This document shows positions 47,775 to 56,814 of a DNA stretch of 64,000 bases, in pieces. This stretch comes from a virus (Duplodnaviria > Caudoviricetes). The stretch is taken from positions 12 through 64,011 of the IMG/VR virus record IMGVR_UViG_3300044446_000019. One strand, written 5' to 3'. The translations under genes and the position numbers were made by a program. The first letter of the stretch is position 1, and each line of letters begins with the position of its first letter. Below the pieces are notes generated by a model. The model searched no databases. It saw only the letters and a list, made by a program, of their open reading frames with translations, and was not told the origin of the DNA.

Positions 47775-47897
47775 GGCCGGGTAGCTCAGTGGTAGAGCGG
47801 GAAGATTGAAACTCTAAGACGGAACCTTAAACGCCATCGGTGCGCCTAGGTAACACAAACATAAACGGGGCCGGTCGTCGGATATGCGACCGGCCCC
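47775..47897 (+). ncRNA. tRNA-like element 4 (5' half only, ends in a hairpin)
   Basis: GGCCGGGTAGCTCAGTGGTAGAGC, then an A-rich tract and GGGGCCGGTCG...CGACCGGCCCC. Confidence 0.4.
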
Positions 47898-47917
47898 ACC
47901 TAAACTCTGGAGTTGAG

Positions 47918-48208
47918 ATGGAGACGTATGTCCTTGTAGGTGGACGCGAAAGACTCATTGTCCATTCTCGTGACACCTGTGACGGTGGGCGATGTTTGGT
48001 GCACAACCCCAGCAACCATCACATGAGGAAGTGGAGGCAGAACTGGCGCCAGGATCGTGGGATCATGGAACGTCTATGTGAACACGGGACCGGTCACCCC
48101 GACCCTGATGACCGCAAGGTTCGGATGGGTTCGTGGGCTGAAGGAGTTCACGGTTGTGACGGTTGTTGTTTCGTGCCTGATCACGTTGCGCAGACGGTTC
48201 CAGACTGA
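47918..48208 (+). CDS. His/Cys-rich conserved phage protein
   Basis: HNPS.HHM..W...ERLCEHG.GHPDPD...HGCDGCC. Confidence 0.7.
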   Translation: METYVLVGGRERLIVHSRDTCDGGRCLVHNPSNHHMRKWRQNWRQDRGIMERLCEHGTGHPDPDDRKVRMGSWAEGVHGCDGCCFVPDHVAQTVPD

Positions 48209-48230
48209 TTTGTCTGGGTAAAGTTAGGCC

Positions 48231-48569
48231 ATGACAACCACCGAGGTACACGTTCACGTGCACGTAGACGGTGGCGGTGCCGAGAACCTGTCGGTGCACG
48301 TCTACCTACCCACGGACACTGAAGAATTGGAAGGATTGCTCATGGCCACCAAGGAAGAGCTGCTCGCGAGCGTTGCCGATGTCAAGGCACTGGTCGTGGA
48401 GCTTCAGAAGGATGTCACCCGAATCATCACTGATCTAGAGGCTGCACTCGCGGCTCAGGATCTGACTGCCGTTGCTGCTGCGGTCGAGGATCTGAAGTCG
48501 AGTGTCACCACCATCGACGACGCGGTCGAGGCCGCGTCCCCAGAGCCGCCGACCGAGCCCACCCCGTAA
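48231..48569 (+). CDS. Coiled-coil hypothetical protein
   Basis: ORF followed by a terminator. Confidence 0.6.
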   Translation: MTTTEVHVHVHVDGGGAENLSVHVYLPTDTEELEGLLMATKEELLASVADVKALVVELQKDVTRIITDLEAALAAQDLTAVAAAVEDLKSSVTTIDDAVEAASPEPPTEPTP

Positions 48570-48617
48570 CGTTTCTACAGATCCGAGCCGGTTTTCCAGA
48601 TCCCGGTGACGGGTCCG

Positions 48618-48668
48618 CCCCCCGTATCAGGTTGCCTGTCGTCTCCCTGATGCGGGGGGCGTTTTTTT
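48618..48668 (+). terminator. Intrinsic terminator
   Basis: GCCCCCCGTATCAGG...CCTGATGCGGGGGGC followed by a T run. Confidence 0.75.
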
Positions 48669-48729
48669 GTCACACCCCCTCGGTAAGGTGTTCCTGCTAC
48701 CTGGGAGGGGAGGGTTTATGATCTGCTGT

Positions 48730-49152
48730 ATGCCGAGCGTAGAAGATCATGTTGATGCTGGCCGTTCACTGGTTCGGAGCGGCGACCTGGTCAAACTACG
48801 TCACCGCATCGGGCTCACTCGGTCTGCTATGGCGCACATGCTGCATATGTCCCCACTGACGTACAACAAGCTGGAGGACACCGACGAAGCCTCGGAACGG
48901 ATGTGGTCCAGCACCGCTGAGCGCCTTGGCCGCTTCGAGTATCTTGCCGAAATCACGCTCGAAGAACTGAGGTCGGAAGGTGTGAGATTGGATGACTTGT
49001 CGCCTTTACATGTGATAGCCACCCATCACGGCCTGCCACAGGAGTTGATGTTGAAGTGGTACCGCGAGGGGAAGCTTCCTGCGTGGGACCTCGGCATCCT
49101 GGGACTATGGATCCACAAGGATGACGTGCACTACCTTCGGGATGCGGCATGA
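48730..49152 (+). CDS. HTH-containing protein
   Basis: LRHRIGLTRSAMAHMLHMS..TY..LE; TATGAT -10 at 48717-48722. Confidence 0.7.
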   Translation: MPSVEDHVDAGRSLVRSGDLVKLRHRIGLTRSAMAHMLHMSPLTYNKLEDTDEASERMWSSTAERLGRFEYLAEITLEELRSEGVRLDDLSPLHVIATHHGLPQELMLKWYREGKLPAWDLGILGLWIHKDDVHYLRDAA

Positions 49153-49316
49153 CACCCGAGGAAAAGCTGCTGTGGTACGAGCGCCGGTGCAAGGCGCTGG
49201 AGGATCTCTTGGTCAAGTTCCGGGTCGGCGGCTACCCGTCTGAGCGGTTACACAAAGAGCTGGAGCGCACCAGGAGATACATCGACAGCTTTGGCAAATG
49301 GAAGGAGGGTGCATGA
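49149..49316 (+). CDS. Small hypothetical protein (55 aa; not in the ORF track)
   Basis: ATGA coupling at both ends; MTPEEKLLWYERRCKALEDLL. Confidence 0.6.
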   Translation: MTPEEKLLWYERRCKALEDLLVKFRVGGYPSERLHKELERTRRYIDSFGKWKEGA

Positions 49317-50155
49317 AGCAACGCACCTGCCTCGTGTGCCAGCAGCCGCTGCACAACTTCCTGAAAGAGAACACCCATCCGTCCTGCATTCTCTTCGACA
49401 CCGACGACGAAGACCCGTTGGCGAGGAAACTAAAGAAGCAGCTCATCGAGATCATCAAGTGGAAGGAGTTCAACAGTCCCCGCACCCTACAGAAACGCAT
49501 TGGGCCGAGCGAGATCGGGGACCCATGTGACCGTCGTATTGGTTACCGAGTGGCCGAGGTACCGGAGGTCAATACGGGATTTGATCCTTGGGCCGCCATC
49601 GTGGGCACGTCGATCCATGCCTGGCTCGACGAGGCCATCAGTGATTGGGTTGTGGCTCATGGTTCCAAGTCCTGGCTTACCGAGACCCCCGTTACGTTGG
49701 ACAACTTCATCAAGGGCCGAAGTGATCTGTTCAATGTGGACGAGGCGTGCGTCATCGACCACAAGGGAGCTGGGCCCTCGGTAATGCAGAAGGTGGTGAA
49801 AGATGGCCCGGGTCCGGGTTATGTTGTTCAGGTCCATCTCTATGGCTATGGATATGAACAGCTCGACTACGAAGTCAAGAAAGTTGCTCTGGCTTTTTAC
49901 CCCAGGGCCGGGCGCCTCAAGGATATGTACGTCTGGACAGCAGACTACGACAGAGATGTGGCGCTCGCGGCGTTGGATCGACTATCACGTATCGCATCAG
50001 AGGTAATGAATCTTGAGATATTGAAGGAGGGTCATGGACACCGATGGGAACAGATCGACGCAACTCCCAGCGACTACTGCGGGTTCTGCCCTTGGTACCA
50101 GACAGGAAGAGATCCAGAGGTTGGAGCAAATGAGTACGGCTGCCCAGGAAGATGA
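49313..50155 (+). CDS. Cas4/RecB-like PD-(D/E)xK exonuclease
   Basis: IGPSEIG.PC.R, GT.IH, G..DL...IDHK, Y..Q.HLYGYG, C.FCPW...C. Confidence 0.85.
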   Translation: MKQRTCLVCQQPLHNFLKENTHPSCILFDTDDEDPLARKLKKQLIEIIKWKEFNSPRTLQKRIGPSEIGDPCDRRIGYRVAEVPEVNTGFDPWAAIVGTSIHAWLDEAISDWVVAHGSKSWLTETPVTLDNFIKGRSDLFNVDEACVIDHKGAGPSVMQKVVKDGPGPGYVVQVHLYGYGYEQLDYEVKKVALAFYPRAGRLKDMYVWTADYDRDVALAALDRLSRIASEVMNLEILKEGHGHRWEQIDATPSDYCGFCPWYQTGRDPEVGANEYGCPGR

Positions 50156-50309
50156 GCTACTGGAAGAGATCGGACAAAAGATGAAAGATCTGGCCCGATC
50201 CTTCGACATACTGGCCAAGCGCCAGACAATGTTGTTTCAACAGGTTCAGGAACTACGTGAGACAACTGAAAAATGGTTTCAGGAACACGACTCCAAGCAT
50301 CCCGTTTAA
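50130..50309 (+). CDS. Small coiled-coil protein
   Basis: GGAG RBS. Confidence 0.55.
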   Translation: MSTAAQEDELLEEIGQKMKDLARSFDILAKRQTMLFQQVQELRETTEKWFQEHDSKHPV

Positions 50310-50312
50310 GGA

Positions 50313-50972
50313 GTGAGCATGTTTGACAGCGAACCAGCGCGTAGCAACGAAACAGAATCGCTCTACCCAACCCACTGCGTCGGTCACCTGTTGATGGTGT
50401 GGTTCACCGGCTATATCGAGAATTCCCCGACCAGGTTCACGGTGCCGGGGAAGAAGTCCGATGCGGTGGTGGTGGACATCGTCGACCTGGATCAGGCCGG
50501 CGAAGACGGTTATCAGGGCAGGGTGTACCGCCAGACCTGGTGGCGTCCGGGTCGCCTGATCGGGTTCGGCCGCCCACGCATCGGGCGCGCGCAGCCGGTG
50601 ATCGCCCGCATGATCAAGGGGGAGATGGTCATGGGCAACTACCCGTACGAGCTGGAATTAATGGATCATGATTCGGACTGCGTGAGTCGGGGGGCAGCCT
50701 GGTTCCAGGCCAATCCGGGTTTCCGGCCCACGGTGGCCCTCGGACATGGCAGCGATGTCCAGACGGAGCCACCACCGAACCAGGCCCCAGTGCAACGGCA
50801 GATGAGTCAACTGGAGCAGTTGGCCGCGTCCCGGATGCCGGTGACGCCGACTCAGCACACCAACGGTCTGCGGGAGGCTACGGGCCGGCCGCCGGTTACG
50901 CCACCGCCCCCTCCACCTCCACCGCCTCAGCGTCCAGCGGACACTATTGCGGACTCAGAGATTCCGTTCTAG
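50313..50972 (+). CDS. Probable single-stranded DNA-binding protein
   Basis: Beta-rich N-terminus (DAVVVDIVDLD), Pro-rich linker, acidic EIPF tail. Confidence 0.6.
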   Translation: MSMFDSEPARSNETESLYPTHCVGHLLMVWFTGYIENSPTRFTVPGKKSDAVVVDIVDLDQAGEDGYQGRVYRQTWWRPGRLIGFGRPRIGRAQPVIARMIKGEMVMGNYPYELELMDHDSDCVSRGAAWFQANPGFRPTVALGHGSDVQTEPPPNQAPVQRQMSQLEQLAASRMPVTPTQHTNGLREATGRPPVTPPPPPPPPPQRPADTIADSEIPF

Positions 50973-50978
50973 ATCAAC

Positions 50979-51016
50979 AGAAACCCCCGGTCTATGAGAC
51001 CGGGGGTTTCTTATTT
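50979..51016 (+). terminator. Intrinsic terminator
   Basis: AAACCCCCGGTCT...AGACCGGGGGTTT. Confidence 0.75.
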
Positions 51017-51149
51017 GGTCGCGCGTCCTGGCCTACCAGCACCCCGATTGTGGTGGCATGATCAGTGCACCCCGACAGCGACCAACGAGTTGGGGCCCCT
51101 GGAGCTGTTTCCCAACTCCCCCAGGGACCCCATGTGAAAGGACTCGACA

Positions 51150-53708
51150 TTGAGGTTATCAGATGTAGCTAAGATGTGGCAGTCCAATGGGGTGTCGATT
51201 GTCCCAATCGTTGCCAAAAATCAGCCTGCTGTTCGCTGGAAGCAATATCAGGCCAGGATTCCCGACCTCGGAGAGATCAACGACTGGTGGGGTAACGGGC
51301 ACCCATGGGGCATTGCCCTGATCTGCGGTGCCGTCTCCGGTAACCTCGAAATGACCGAAATCGAGGGACGTGCCCTCTCTGCTGCCGGTTTGACCAAGGT
51401 GGCAAATAGTGCAGACACTCTCGGTTGCGGGGAGCTGTGGGACCGACTCAGTACCGGGTTCACGCAGGCGTCGCCCTCAGGCGGATTGCACCTTGTGTAC
51501 CGGATCTCTGATCACGAAGTGCCCGGAAACGAGAAGATTGCTCACGCCGAACCGAGCCTGGACGAGAAGTCCGGCCGGATGGTGCAGCTGGTCCTCGCCG
51601 AGACCCGTGGAGAGGGAGGATATTTCGTCGGGGCCCCGTCGCCAGGTTCGTGTCACCCAAGTGGCGAAGGCTGGTTGTTAGCATCGGGTGTCTACGGCGA
51701 AGTGCCCACGATCACCTGGGATGAACGCCAGCAACTACACGAAGCAATAAGACAAGCACTCGACATCCCCCGCCCGTCCGTGTCTCCTCCGTTCGACGAA
51801 TCCACTCGGGACCAGCTGACCCAAGCCCTATCCGACGTGCCAGATCTGCACAACCCCAGCTCGATCTCTCCTCACTCTGCTACCCTCCACGAAGCAGCCC
51901 TCCAGGCGACCGCCTCCCCAGGTGTTTTGGACCGGAGGGCTGCTTCTATTTCCCCTGGTGACCATTGGTCCGCGTCCACGGACTGGGCTGACATTCTGGA
52001 ACCAGAAGGATGGACCTTACTGCGGGGGCAGCACAACGTCAGCCTCGGTGAACGATTGTGGGTACGTCCAGGCAAGAACGCCCGAGAAGGACACAGCGCC
52101 AGCACTGACTATCAGGGCAAACCGGGACTGTATGTCTGGTCCACGTCGGCTGGCCTGGAGTCGGAGACTCCACTGTCCAAACTATTTGTCCTGGCGCACT
52201 ACCAGTTCCACGGTGACATGAAGCTGGCCGCACAGGACTTGAAACGTCGCGGCTTCGGCACGGTGGCTCAGCCTGATCTGACGCTGGGGGAACTGGATCT
52301 CAACAGCACCAACGAAGAGCCGGCGCCGGATCCACATTTCAGTCACGACGACACCGGTAACGCGATGCGGCTCTGGCACACGGTGGGCAGGGCTCGGTTC
52401 CGCTGGGTGTACGAACAAAAAGAGGTGTATGCCTGGACCGGGAAGGAATGGGCACCGGATTACAAGGGTGCCCTGGACCGTGAGTGGATCAAGCTCACCG
52501 AGAGCATGGAGCGGGAGGGACTTGATCAGGAGAACGCTGCCCTGATCAAGTGGGCACGCCGCAGCCGTAGCCGCGACCGGCACAACGCAGCCTTGTCGAT
52601 GATGCGAGTCATGGAGGGCGCAACCATCAGCGCCTCTGAGATGAACACTGCGCCGGATCACCTGAACTTGTACAACGGTACGTACAACATGAAGACCGGG
52701 GTCCTGGAGCCACATAACCCCGAACACCTGATGACCCGCACCATGGTGGCCAGTTACAACCCCGAGGCCACCTGTCCAAAATTTGAGCAGTTCATGGAGC
52801 AGGTGCTGCCCGATCCTGAAGTCCGCGCCTACGTGCAGCGAGCGGTCGGATACAGCTTGCTCGGAAAAGCGGACCACCGAGCGTTCTTCCTGATCCATGG
52901 TCCCAGTGGTACTGGGAAGTCGCAGTTCCTGTCCACTATGGAGTATGTATTTGGTGGGTATGGTGCCACTGCTGCGGAAGGCACCTTCCGGGTGCACGAA
53001 GGTAGTGGACCCAACAACGACTTACATGGTCTACGGGGCAAGCGGTTCGTGTCCACATCGGAGACGGCGGAGAACGCTACCTTCAACGAGAACCTGCTGA
53101 AGCGTTTGACCGGCACGGATCAGGTAGTTTCCCGCGAGATGTACCAGACCAACGTGACCTGGCGCCCCGAGTGTGCACTGTGGCTGGCCACGAACCACCC
53201 ACCACGATTCAACAGTGACGACGACGCGATCTGGAAGCGGGCCAAACTGGTCCCGTTCGTTACTCGCTTTGGCACGGACGTGCCAGAGATTCCCAACTTC
53301 GCCCGGGACTATCTGTACGCCGAGGCCGATGGCATCTTCAACTGGGTCTTGGCAGGGTTGCACGACTTCCTGGCCAACGGGTTGCAGGAGCCAGAGGGTG
53401 TCCTGGAGGCGGCAAACAAGCACCGCCAGCAGAGCGACACGGTGGCCCGGTTCCTGGATGACCAGATCGCTGACGGCAACCTGCAAGAGGTCCCGGAGGC
53501 CACCATCCGGACGTCGGAGCTGTTCGCCATGTACGAGCAGTGGGGTAAGTCCTCCGGTGAGCGTGGGCTTGGGTCCCGCAGGTTCATCAACCGTCTGGAA
53601 TCCACTGGCCGGGCAACATACACCCGGACCAACGCCCACAGTGTCTGGAAGGGGCTCCATCGATCAGGAGTCCTGGGTGCATACCAGACATCTGTGGATG
53701 AAACCTGA
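51150..53708 (+). CDS. Bifunctional primase/polymerase fused to a D5/P4-type SF3 helicase
   Basis: P.VRWK.YQ, SPSGGLHL, ETRGEGGY; GPSGTGKS Walker A, TNH.P, DDAIW.R. Confidence 0.92.
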   Translation: MRLSDVAKMWQSNGVSIVPIVAKNQPAVRWKQYQARIPDLGEINDWWGNGHPWGIALICGAVSGNLEMTEIEGRALSAAGLTKVANSADTLGCGELWDRLSTGFTQASPSGGLHLVYRISDHEVPGNEKIAHAEPSLDEKSGRMVQLVLAETRGEGGYFVGAPSPGSCHPSGEGWLLASGVYGEVPTITWDERQQLHEAIRQALDIPRPSVSPPFDESTRDQLTQALSDVPDLHNPSSISPHSATLHEAALQATASPGVLDRRAASISPGDHWSASTDWADILEPEGWTLLRGQHNVSLGERLWVRPGKNAREGHSASTDYQGKPGLYVWSTSAGLESETPLSKLFVLAHYQFHGDMKLAAQDLKRRGFGTVAQPDLTLGELDLNSTNEEPAPDPHFSHDDTGNAMRLWHTVGRARFRWVYEQKEVYAWTGKEWAPDYKGALDREWIKLTESMEREGLDQENAALIKWARRSRSRDRHNAALSMMRVMEGATISASEMNTAPDHLNLYNGTYNMKTGVLEPHNPEHLMTRTMVASYNPEATCPKFEQFMEQVLPDPEVRAYVQRAVGYSLLGKADHRAFFLIHGPSGTGKSQFLSTMEYVFGGYGATAAEGTFRVHEGSGPNNDLHGLRGKRFVSTSETAENATFNENLLKRLTGTDQVVSREMYQTNVTWRPECALWLATNHPPRFNSDDDAIWKRAKLVPFVTRFGTDVPEIPNFARDYLYAEADGIFNWVLAGLHDFLANGLQEPEGVLEAANKHRQQSDTVARFLDDQIADGNLQEVPEATIRTSELFAMYEQWGKSSGERGLGSRRFINRLESTGRATYTRTNAHSVWKGLHRSGVLGAYQTSVDET
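51761..51871 (+). repeat. CGAC-(NNNNC)n array 5, embedded in the primase linker
   Basis: CGAC at 51761, 51794, 51833; atccc ccgcc cgtcc gtgtc tcctc / gaatc cactc gggac ... aagcc ctatc / gtgcc agatc tgcac aaccc. Confidence 0.65.
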
Positions 53709-53769
53709 CTTTCTTCATAGTTTGTCGGGGACTTGCGGATGTTGAGTTTCTCGTAGTACCGTTCAGCGC

Positions 53770-53958
53770 ATGGAGCAGTTCCCCGAGATGCTCACCACCC
53801 GCGAGGTCGCTTTCCTGTTCAGGGTCTCGCGCAACACCATCCTCCGGTGGGTGGCACGGGGTTATCTGGAGGCCATCCGTCCCATGGACGGGAAGTACCT
53901 ATATCCATCCGGCCAACGAGCCATCCTTAATCAAAGGAGACTTATGAACAATGTCTAA
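53770..53958 (+). CDS. Excisionase/MerR-like HTH protein
   Basis: LTTREVAFLFRVSRNTILRW...G.L. Confidence 0.85.
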   Translation: MEQFPEMLTTREVAFLFRVSRNTILRWVARGYLEAIRPMDGKYLYPSGQRAILNQRRLMNNV

Positions 53959-54793
53959 GCGAAAGCAAGCTACTGCTACAGAACTCAATATCCACCGAGG
54001 GTCCACCCACGAAGAGGCTGACCGTTTGGGAGAATTGACAAAAGACATCCATGAAAATGGATTGAAAATGCCGATTCTTGTTGACGAGGAAATGAATATC
54101 ATCGACGGAGTCCGTCGGTTCTACGCCTTCTACGTCAATCACTCAATGACAGATCCGATTCAGGTAGTTGTCTGCTCAAGGTTCGAGGACACCTGTTCAT
54201 GGCTGTCTAAAACCGTCAAGCATGGGGTGGCCGCCGTACCGGTCACGGCTCTACGAGCCTGGCAGCTGTTCAACGACACTTATCCACAGCAGAAGGAACG
54301 AGGTACTCGACTCCGTAAGCGCCGTACCGGGCTGAAGCGGAGCGAGATACTCGGCGAGGAAACGCGCTCGCGCACCATGCTGAACGAAGCGTTGGGTTTC
54401 AAGGGAGAATCCTTCCTGGCTACCGCGACGTGGATCTACAAAATGTTTGACACCTACCAAGAGGACCCGATCAAGGTCGAGAAGTTGGCCCGTATCCGAC
54501 GGCAATTGGAGATCGATGAAGTAACGATCTACGAGGCCAAGGGCATGGTCAGCAAGGTCCTCAGAGGTGGCGATCTGAATGGTGACATCGTTGGGCTGAA
54601 TGAGCAGCGCGGCGCTCTAGCCACTCTGTTGTCGCAACTGACCGGCATGACGAAGGGAACAGCTCGCCTCGGTGAACTGGATCCAGGACTCACGCAGATC
54701 GAACTGCAAATGTACATAAAAGGGTTTGAGACCGCACGACGCGATCTCAATATCTTCGTTGCCAGTCTCAAGAAAAGAGTAACCACCCCATGA
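53951..54793 (+). CDS. ParB N-terminal-domain protein
   Basis: L.KDI.ENGL..PILVD....IIDG.RR. Confidence 0.75.
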   Translation: MSKRKQATATELNIHRGSTHEEADRLGELTKDIHENGLKMPILVDEEMNIIDGVRRFYAFYVNHSMTDPIQVVVCSRFEDTCSWLSKTVKHGVAAVPVTALRAWQLFNDTYPQQKERGTRLRKRRTGLKRSEILGEETRSRTMLNEALGFKGESFLATATWIYKMFDTYQEDPIKVEKLARIRRQLEIDEVTIYEAKGMVSKVLRGGDLNGDIVGLNEQRGALATLLSQLTGMTKGTARLGELDPGLTQIELQMYIKGFETARRDLNIFVASLKKRVTTP

Positions 54794-55608
54794 CCTATCC
54801 CAGCTCGAAGTACACCGAAAAGCGTCTCAATGTTGGCGACCTGGAGATTGACCGCAGGGTTCAGCGACAGGGACTCAACATCGCAAAAGTGGACAAGATC
54901 GTCGCGAAGTACAACTCGGACGCGCTGGGCATCATCACCGTGTCACACCGCAAGGATCGCTCCTTCGTGGTCGTGGACGGCCAGCACCGAGTCGAGGCCA
55001 CCCGACGAGTGACCGACAACCAGGGCAACCTGCCTTGCCGGATCTTCGAGGATCTGACCCTCGCGGACGAGGCGCAGATGTTCCTGGATCTGAACTACAC
55101 CACGCTGCCTACGATGATCGACAAGTACAAGGTTCGACTCAACGTGGAGAGCGAGGATGGTGACGCCGCTCGCAGCATCGGTGAACTGGTCGGTGCGTAC
55201 GGCTGGACCGTCAGCCGTACGGCGGCGGATAGCCACATCAACGCGGTGAGCGTGCTGGAGCGCCTGTATGGCCTCAGTCGCAAGATCGAGGCGGACCCGA
55301 ACCTGATCCAGGTCACCATCCTGGTCATCACCCGGGCCTGGGGCATCAACCGCTACGGCGTGCAAGCTCCCATCCTGGAGGGTATCGGGCGGATGTTCGC
55401 TGAGTACGGTTCCCTCTTGGACGTGGATCACCTCATCGAGGTGATGAAGAAGTACCAGGGCGGACCCGGGACCCTGGTTGGGGAGGCGTCCCAGCTGGCC
55501 AACCTACGGCGCTGGAAGAAGTCCATGGCCGTAGCTGACATCCTGGTCAACGAGTACAACAAGGGTCGACGTACCAAGACCCTGACGACCTGGGCCAAGC
55601 GGGCGTAA
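54790..55608 (+). CDS. ParB/Srx-like protein (DUF6551-like)
   Basis: ID..VQR...GIITVS.R...VVDGQHR...EA.MF..LN. Confidence 0.75.
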   Translation: MTYPSSKYTEKRLNVGDLEIDRRVQRQGLNIAKVDKIVAKYNSDALGIITVSHRKDRSFVVVDGQHRVEATRRVTDNQGNLPCRIFEDLTLADEAQMFLDLNYTTLPTMIDKYKVRLNVESEDGDAARSIGELVGAYGWTVSRTAADSHINAVSVLERLYGLSRKIEADPNLIQVTILVITRAWGINRYGVQAPILEGIGRMFAEYGSLLDVDHLIEVMKKYQGGPGTLVGEASQLANLRRWKKSMAVADILVNEYNKGRRTKTLTTWAKRA

Positions 55609-55611
55609 GGC

Positions 55612-55656
55612 AAGAAGAAGCCCCGGTAGCCATCCGCTACCGGGGCTTCTTCGTTT
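55612..55656. terminator. Bidirectional terminator
   Basis: AAGAAGCCCCGGTAGC...GCTACCGGGGCTTCTT. Confidence 0.8.
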
Positions 55657-55699
55657 GCCAGCTCAAGGACCACCCCTGGTTCCTATGCTGGTGCATAGG

Positions 55700-56389
55700 T
55701 TACACGGTGATCGCTGCCACGTCATCATTCAGGGCAACCTTGGCCTCAGCCTCAGCCTTCAATGCCTTCATCACTCCGTAGACGTAGCTCGGAGTGGCGT
55801 CGACCCTGGCCGCGATCGCCGCCGGCTTCAGTTCAGGGAACCTGGCGTACACGTCGGCAATCAGCTGCTTCTTACTGGGCTCCACGTCCTTCACCTTCGT
55901 GATAATGGCGAGATCCGGGTCCCTGGGCTTGTAGGTGGTGACCTTGTCACCTTCCTGGTGGGCCAGGAGCCGGGTTATGAAGAGGTTCAAGTCCAGCACC
56001 GCGACCGAGGCCATCACCATCAGGCCATCGATCGCGAACGGCAGCAACATCGCTGTCGTCGCATCCTTGCTGTACGTGAAGAAGGCCGCCTTCTGATGGA
56101 AGTACGACAGCCAGGCACCGATACAGGTGATCGCGAGCATGGACAACGGCCGAGCCCACCGTACTGGTGAATACCAGGGACCCTCCCGCAGAGGGATCCG
56201 CGATGAAAGCTCGAAGCCTCCCAGGATGATGACGGGTGGCAGGCAGTTAATGACGATAGGCCACAGCGTCTGCTCCGCGTGGAGCCAGTTGGCCCAGATG
56301 CTGGTGAGCGTAGACAGGAAGACAACTCCTCGGCACGCCCAACGGGTGCGCTTGTAAGAATCAATCTTCTTCTGAATCTGGATGTTCAT
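55700..56389 (-). CDS. DUF2637/SpdA-like membrane protein with a C-terminal HTH
   Basis: SIWAN..HA...PPV...SY.H...LPFAIDGLM; multiple TM helices. Confidence 0.75.
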   Translation of the reverse strand: MNIQIQKKIDSYKRTRWACRGVVFLSTLTSIWANWLHAEQTLWPIVINCLPPVIILGGFELSSRIPLREGPWYSPVRWARPLSMLAITCIGAWLSYFHQKAAFFTYSKDATTAMLLPFAIDGLMVMASVAVLDLNLFITRLLAHQEGDKVTTYKPRDPDLAIITKVKDVEPSKKQLIADVYARFPELKPAAIAARVDATPSYVYGVMKALKAEAEAKVALNDDVAAITV

Positions 56390-56444
56390 AACAAAAACTC
56401 CCTATGTATAAGAAAAGAGGTTGCCGGCGAAAACCGGTAACCTC

Positions 56445-56474
56445 ATCCTATACATAGGGAGGGGTAAGGTGCAA
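56445..56474 (-). promoter_or_regulatory. Promoter for the DUF2637 gene
   Basis: Minus strand TTGCAC-18 bp-TAGGAT with ACCCCTCCCT in the spacer. Confidence 0.65.
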
Positions 56475-56496
56475 CTATTCTCGATCAAATTCTATA

Positions 56497-56808
56497 TCAA
56501 TCCACCCGTCCAGGTGGACCATTGCCTCCCAAGTTATAGCGAGGACGGTAGATCTGCTCTCTGAGCTGTCTCTCCATCTCCTCAGGCAGCTCGATGTCCC
56601 TCAGATCTGTCAGGTGGTGCTTGCTCAAGTCCACCAGAAGGAGCTGGCACTCTTCCTCTGAAGTAGCTGACACAGGTGTCAGTATCACGTACCCGGTCGT
56701 ATCCGAGGGCCCGGAGTTGAGCGGGGCAGACGCAACCTGGTTCGCCGACCTTTTCCTGGCTGTACCAGCAGAAGACGTTGAACCGCGTCCCGGGACCAAG
56801 ATCCTCAA
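56497..56808 (-). CDS. Hypothetical protein (frame uncertain; alternative 56582-56818)
   Basis: Overlapping ORFs; short duplication CCTCAAGCAT near 56803-56825. Confidence 0.3.
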   Translation of the reverse strand: MRILVPGRGSTSSAGTARKRSANQVASAPLNSGPSDTTGYVILTPVSATSEEECQLLLVDLSKHHLTDLRDIELPEEMERQLREQIYRPRYNLGGNGPPGRVD

Positions 56809-56814
56809 GCATCC

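Noticed and set aside
49313-50155. Cas4 as part of a CRISPR adaptation module
   Set aside because: It sits with SSB and primase in the replication module, as phage RecB-like exonucleases commonly do; there is no cas1/cas2.
53770-53958. Excisionase implying an integrated prophage
   Set aside because: No integrase, att site or host genes are visible; such HTH genes are common in non-integrating phages.
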